Source: Eledone cirrhosa (Eukaryota). Taken from it: a stretch of DNA of 64,000 nt. Shown piece after piece: positions 62,401 through 64,000 of the stretch. The position numbers and the translations under genes were made by a program. Location of the stretch: the NCBI GenBank assembly GCA_964016885.1, contig OZ024742.1, positions 63,736,001 through 63,800,000 of the forward strand, in the 5' to 3' direction. Position 1 is the first letter of the stretch; every line of letters starts with the position of its first letter. Under the pieces are notes generated by a model. The model was not told the DNA's origin. It ran no database searches and saw nothing but the letters and a program-made list of their open reading frames with translations.

Positions 62401-64000
62401 ATCACCTCCAACCAGATTTTCAGCCGAAAATCGATAACGAAGAAACCAAGGACCCACATATTATTGAATCAGCAAGAACAAATGCTGAAAGAGCACATCA
62501 GTGAAAAAATAATTGAGCAGAAGGTTGCATGCAAGAACAAAAAATGAGGCGCTACGGGCTGTGTTGAGCCGCTGTGTCAAATGACCAATTGTTTTGTTGT
62601 TTATACGTGACCGCCAAAGGTCTAACACAAAACGGATAAAGTCTGACATGGGTGAAGTTGCCGTTCTTGCATTAAATGTTAATGGTAAGCGTTGTACCAG
62701 TAACTGTGAACGAAGCTATTATGGTAGTTTACCAGTGCTGGCGAGAAAATGATGGCCCCCAGATGTATTGTCGAATGTGCTCCACCAGGAAAAAATGGCT
62801 GGTTGCTTTGTAAAGAAAGAAAAGGCAAGTTTAATCTGTAGGTGGGTTGCAGTGTAAATTCCATAATTCGGGCGAATCCACAGAAGTGACTGAAATATTG
62901 ACAAGTCCAGTTCAATTTGTTGCCTTCCCAGCGAGTCGGGCAAAAACAACAAGACGGATGGCCGTCATGGACGATCAGTGTGCAACGAGATGCGAAGCTG
63001 TTTGAGTTCAGCTGCAATTAGAATTCTCGTGTTGCGGTGCCTGTTTGAATCCAGTGGATTAAGCTCTGTGAGCTGCTAGCATGTGACAGCATCTCAACCA
63101 GGTGAAAAGGGACTCGCAGAATATTACGTTTGAAGAACATATACCAAGAACAACATGTTGGTGTGTAATAAAAAAAATGTGTGCATATGCAGGCATGTAA
63201 AACAGCAAAGAATGTGAATGAACAAAAACCATGAGCAAACAAATAGCAAAAGAGCACAAAACAAGTAAATGCATTCTACAAAGAAATATGTGAATGTAAC
63301 AAACTGATAATTCAAAGTCAATCTAGGAGAGCAGAGAAATTGCTCAATAAGTTCAAAGTTTTTCAAAGTCAAATAGTTCACACATCACCAGTGTACAGAC
63401 ACTAGTTCTATCTGAAAACTGAAAAAGAAGTTTGTTAATGCCGTTAGGGGTTAGATGTATGGTGTTTTTGTGAGATTTCGTGGCCATCTTACCGTCCTGC
63501 CACACGGTAGTGTTGCTTATTGTTAAAGCAATGTCAAAGAATCTTCTGTAGAGTAGGAGTCACCAAATATGGCAGTCACGTCTGACGTCATAATGGTGAG
63601 AAAACTACTATCTCAATTTCTCGCGTCCCTGCGGTAACGAGACAGAAGGTATGGTGGTTGCGTCGGTAAAGTTACAAGCCGTTTTGAAATTTCCGATGTG
63701 TGGTGGTTGGCGTCGGTAAGGTTATGAAGCTGCCACTCACTGTTCCCTGTATTGGTCAGTGGTTAAACAACGCTGTCGTTGCTGCTGTCATTGTTGTTGT
63801 CAAGCGTAGCCATGACATGTCGGTAGCCATCTTGAAATTTTTTCGTGGCGAAAAAGTTTTTGAAATACTGCTAATTTTTCAAAAATCTTAAAAGGAATAT
63901 TCTGGATTTTCGCAAGTTGCGACGTGGCAATAAAAGTTAAACTGAATGAATAAGAAGGGCTGCGTGATATTCTTACGTCGGTCACCACTTTAGCAGTATT

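Overview
Eukaryotic, AT-rich, microsatellite- and transposon-dense DNA, most likely an octopod cephalopod (inferred from the tRNA-SINE types and a KRAB-less poly-C2H2 gene). The only intact protein gene I can support is an 18-finger C2H2 zinc-finger ORF (6781-8520, minus). Upstream of it lies a ~151-bp inverted repeat carrying CRE, CCAAT and ETS-like motifs. The rest is a dense mix of mobile DNA: RTE, R4/Dong, CR1, Tx1 and CRE non-LTR retroelements, Neptune- and Naiad-like Penelope elements, a full-length 6.7-kb Helitron with several non-autonomous relatives, hAT and piggyBac-like remnants, solo LTRs, many SINEs, and a 4.9-kb ACA-based array readable as a Thr-rich frame. The most interesting signal is a set of minimal type I hammerhead ribozyme motifs. 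Two fold cleanly (30153-30196 plus, 42938-42978 minus) and sit in non-coding, terminally redundant units of 341 bp and 428 bp, which is the architecture of retrozymes or Penelope pseudo-LTRs. Three more decayed motifs occur elsewhere. All folds and alignments were done by eye.
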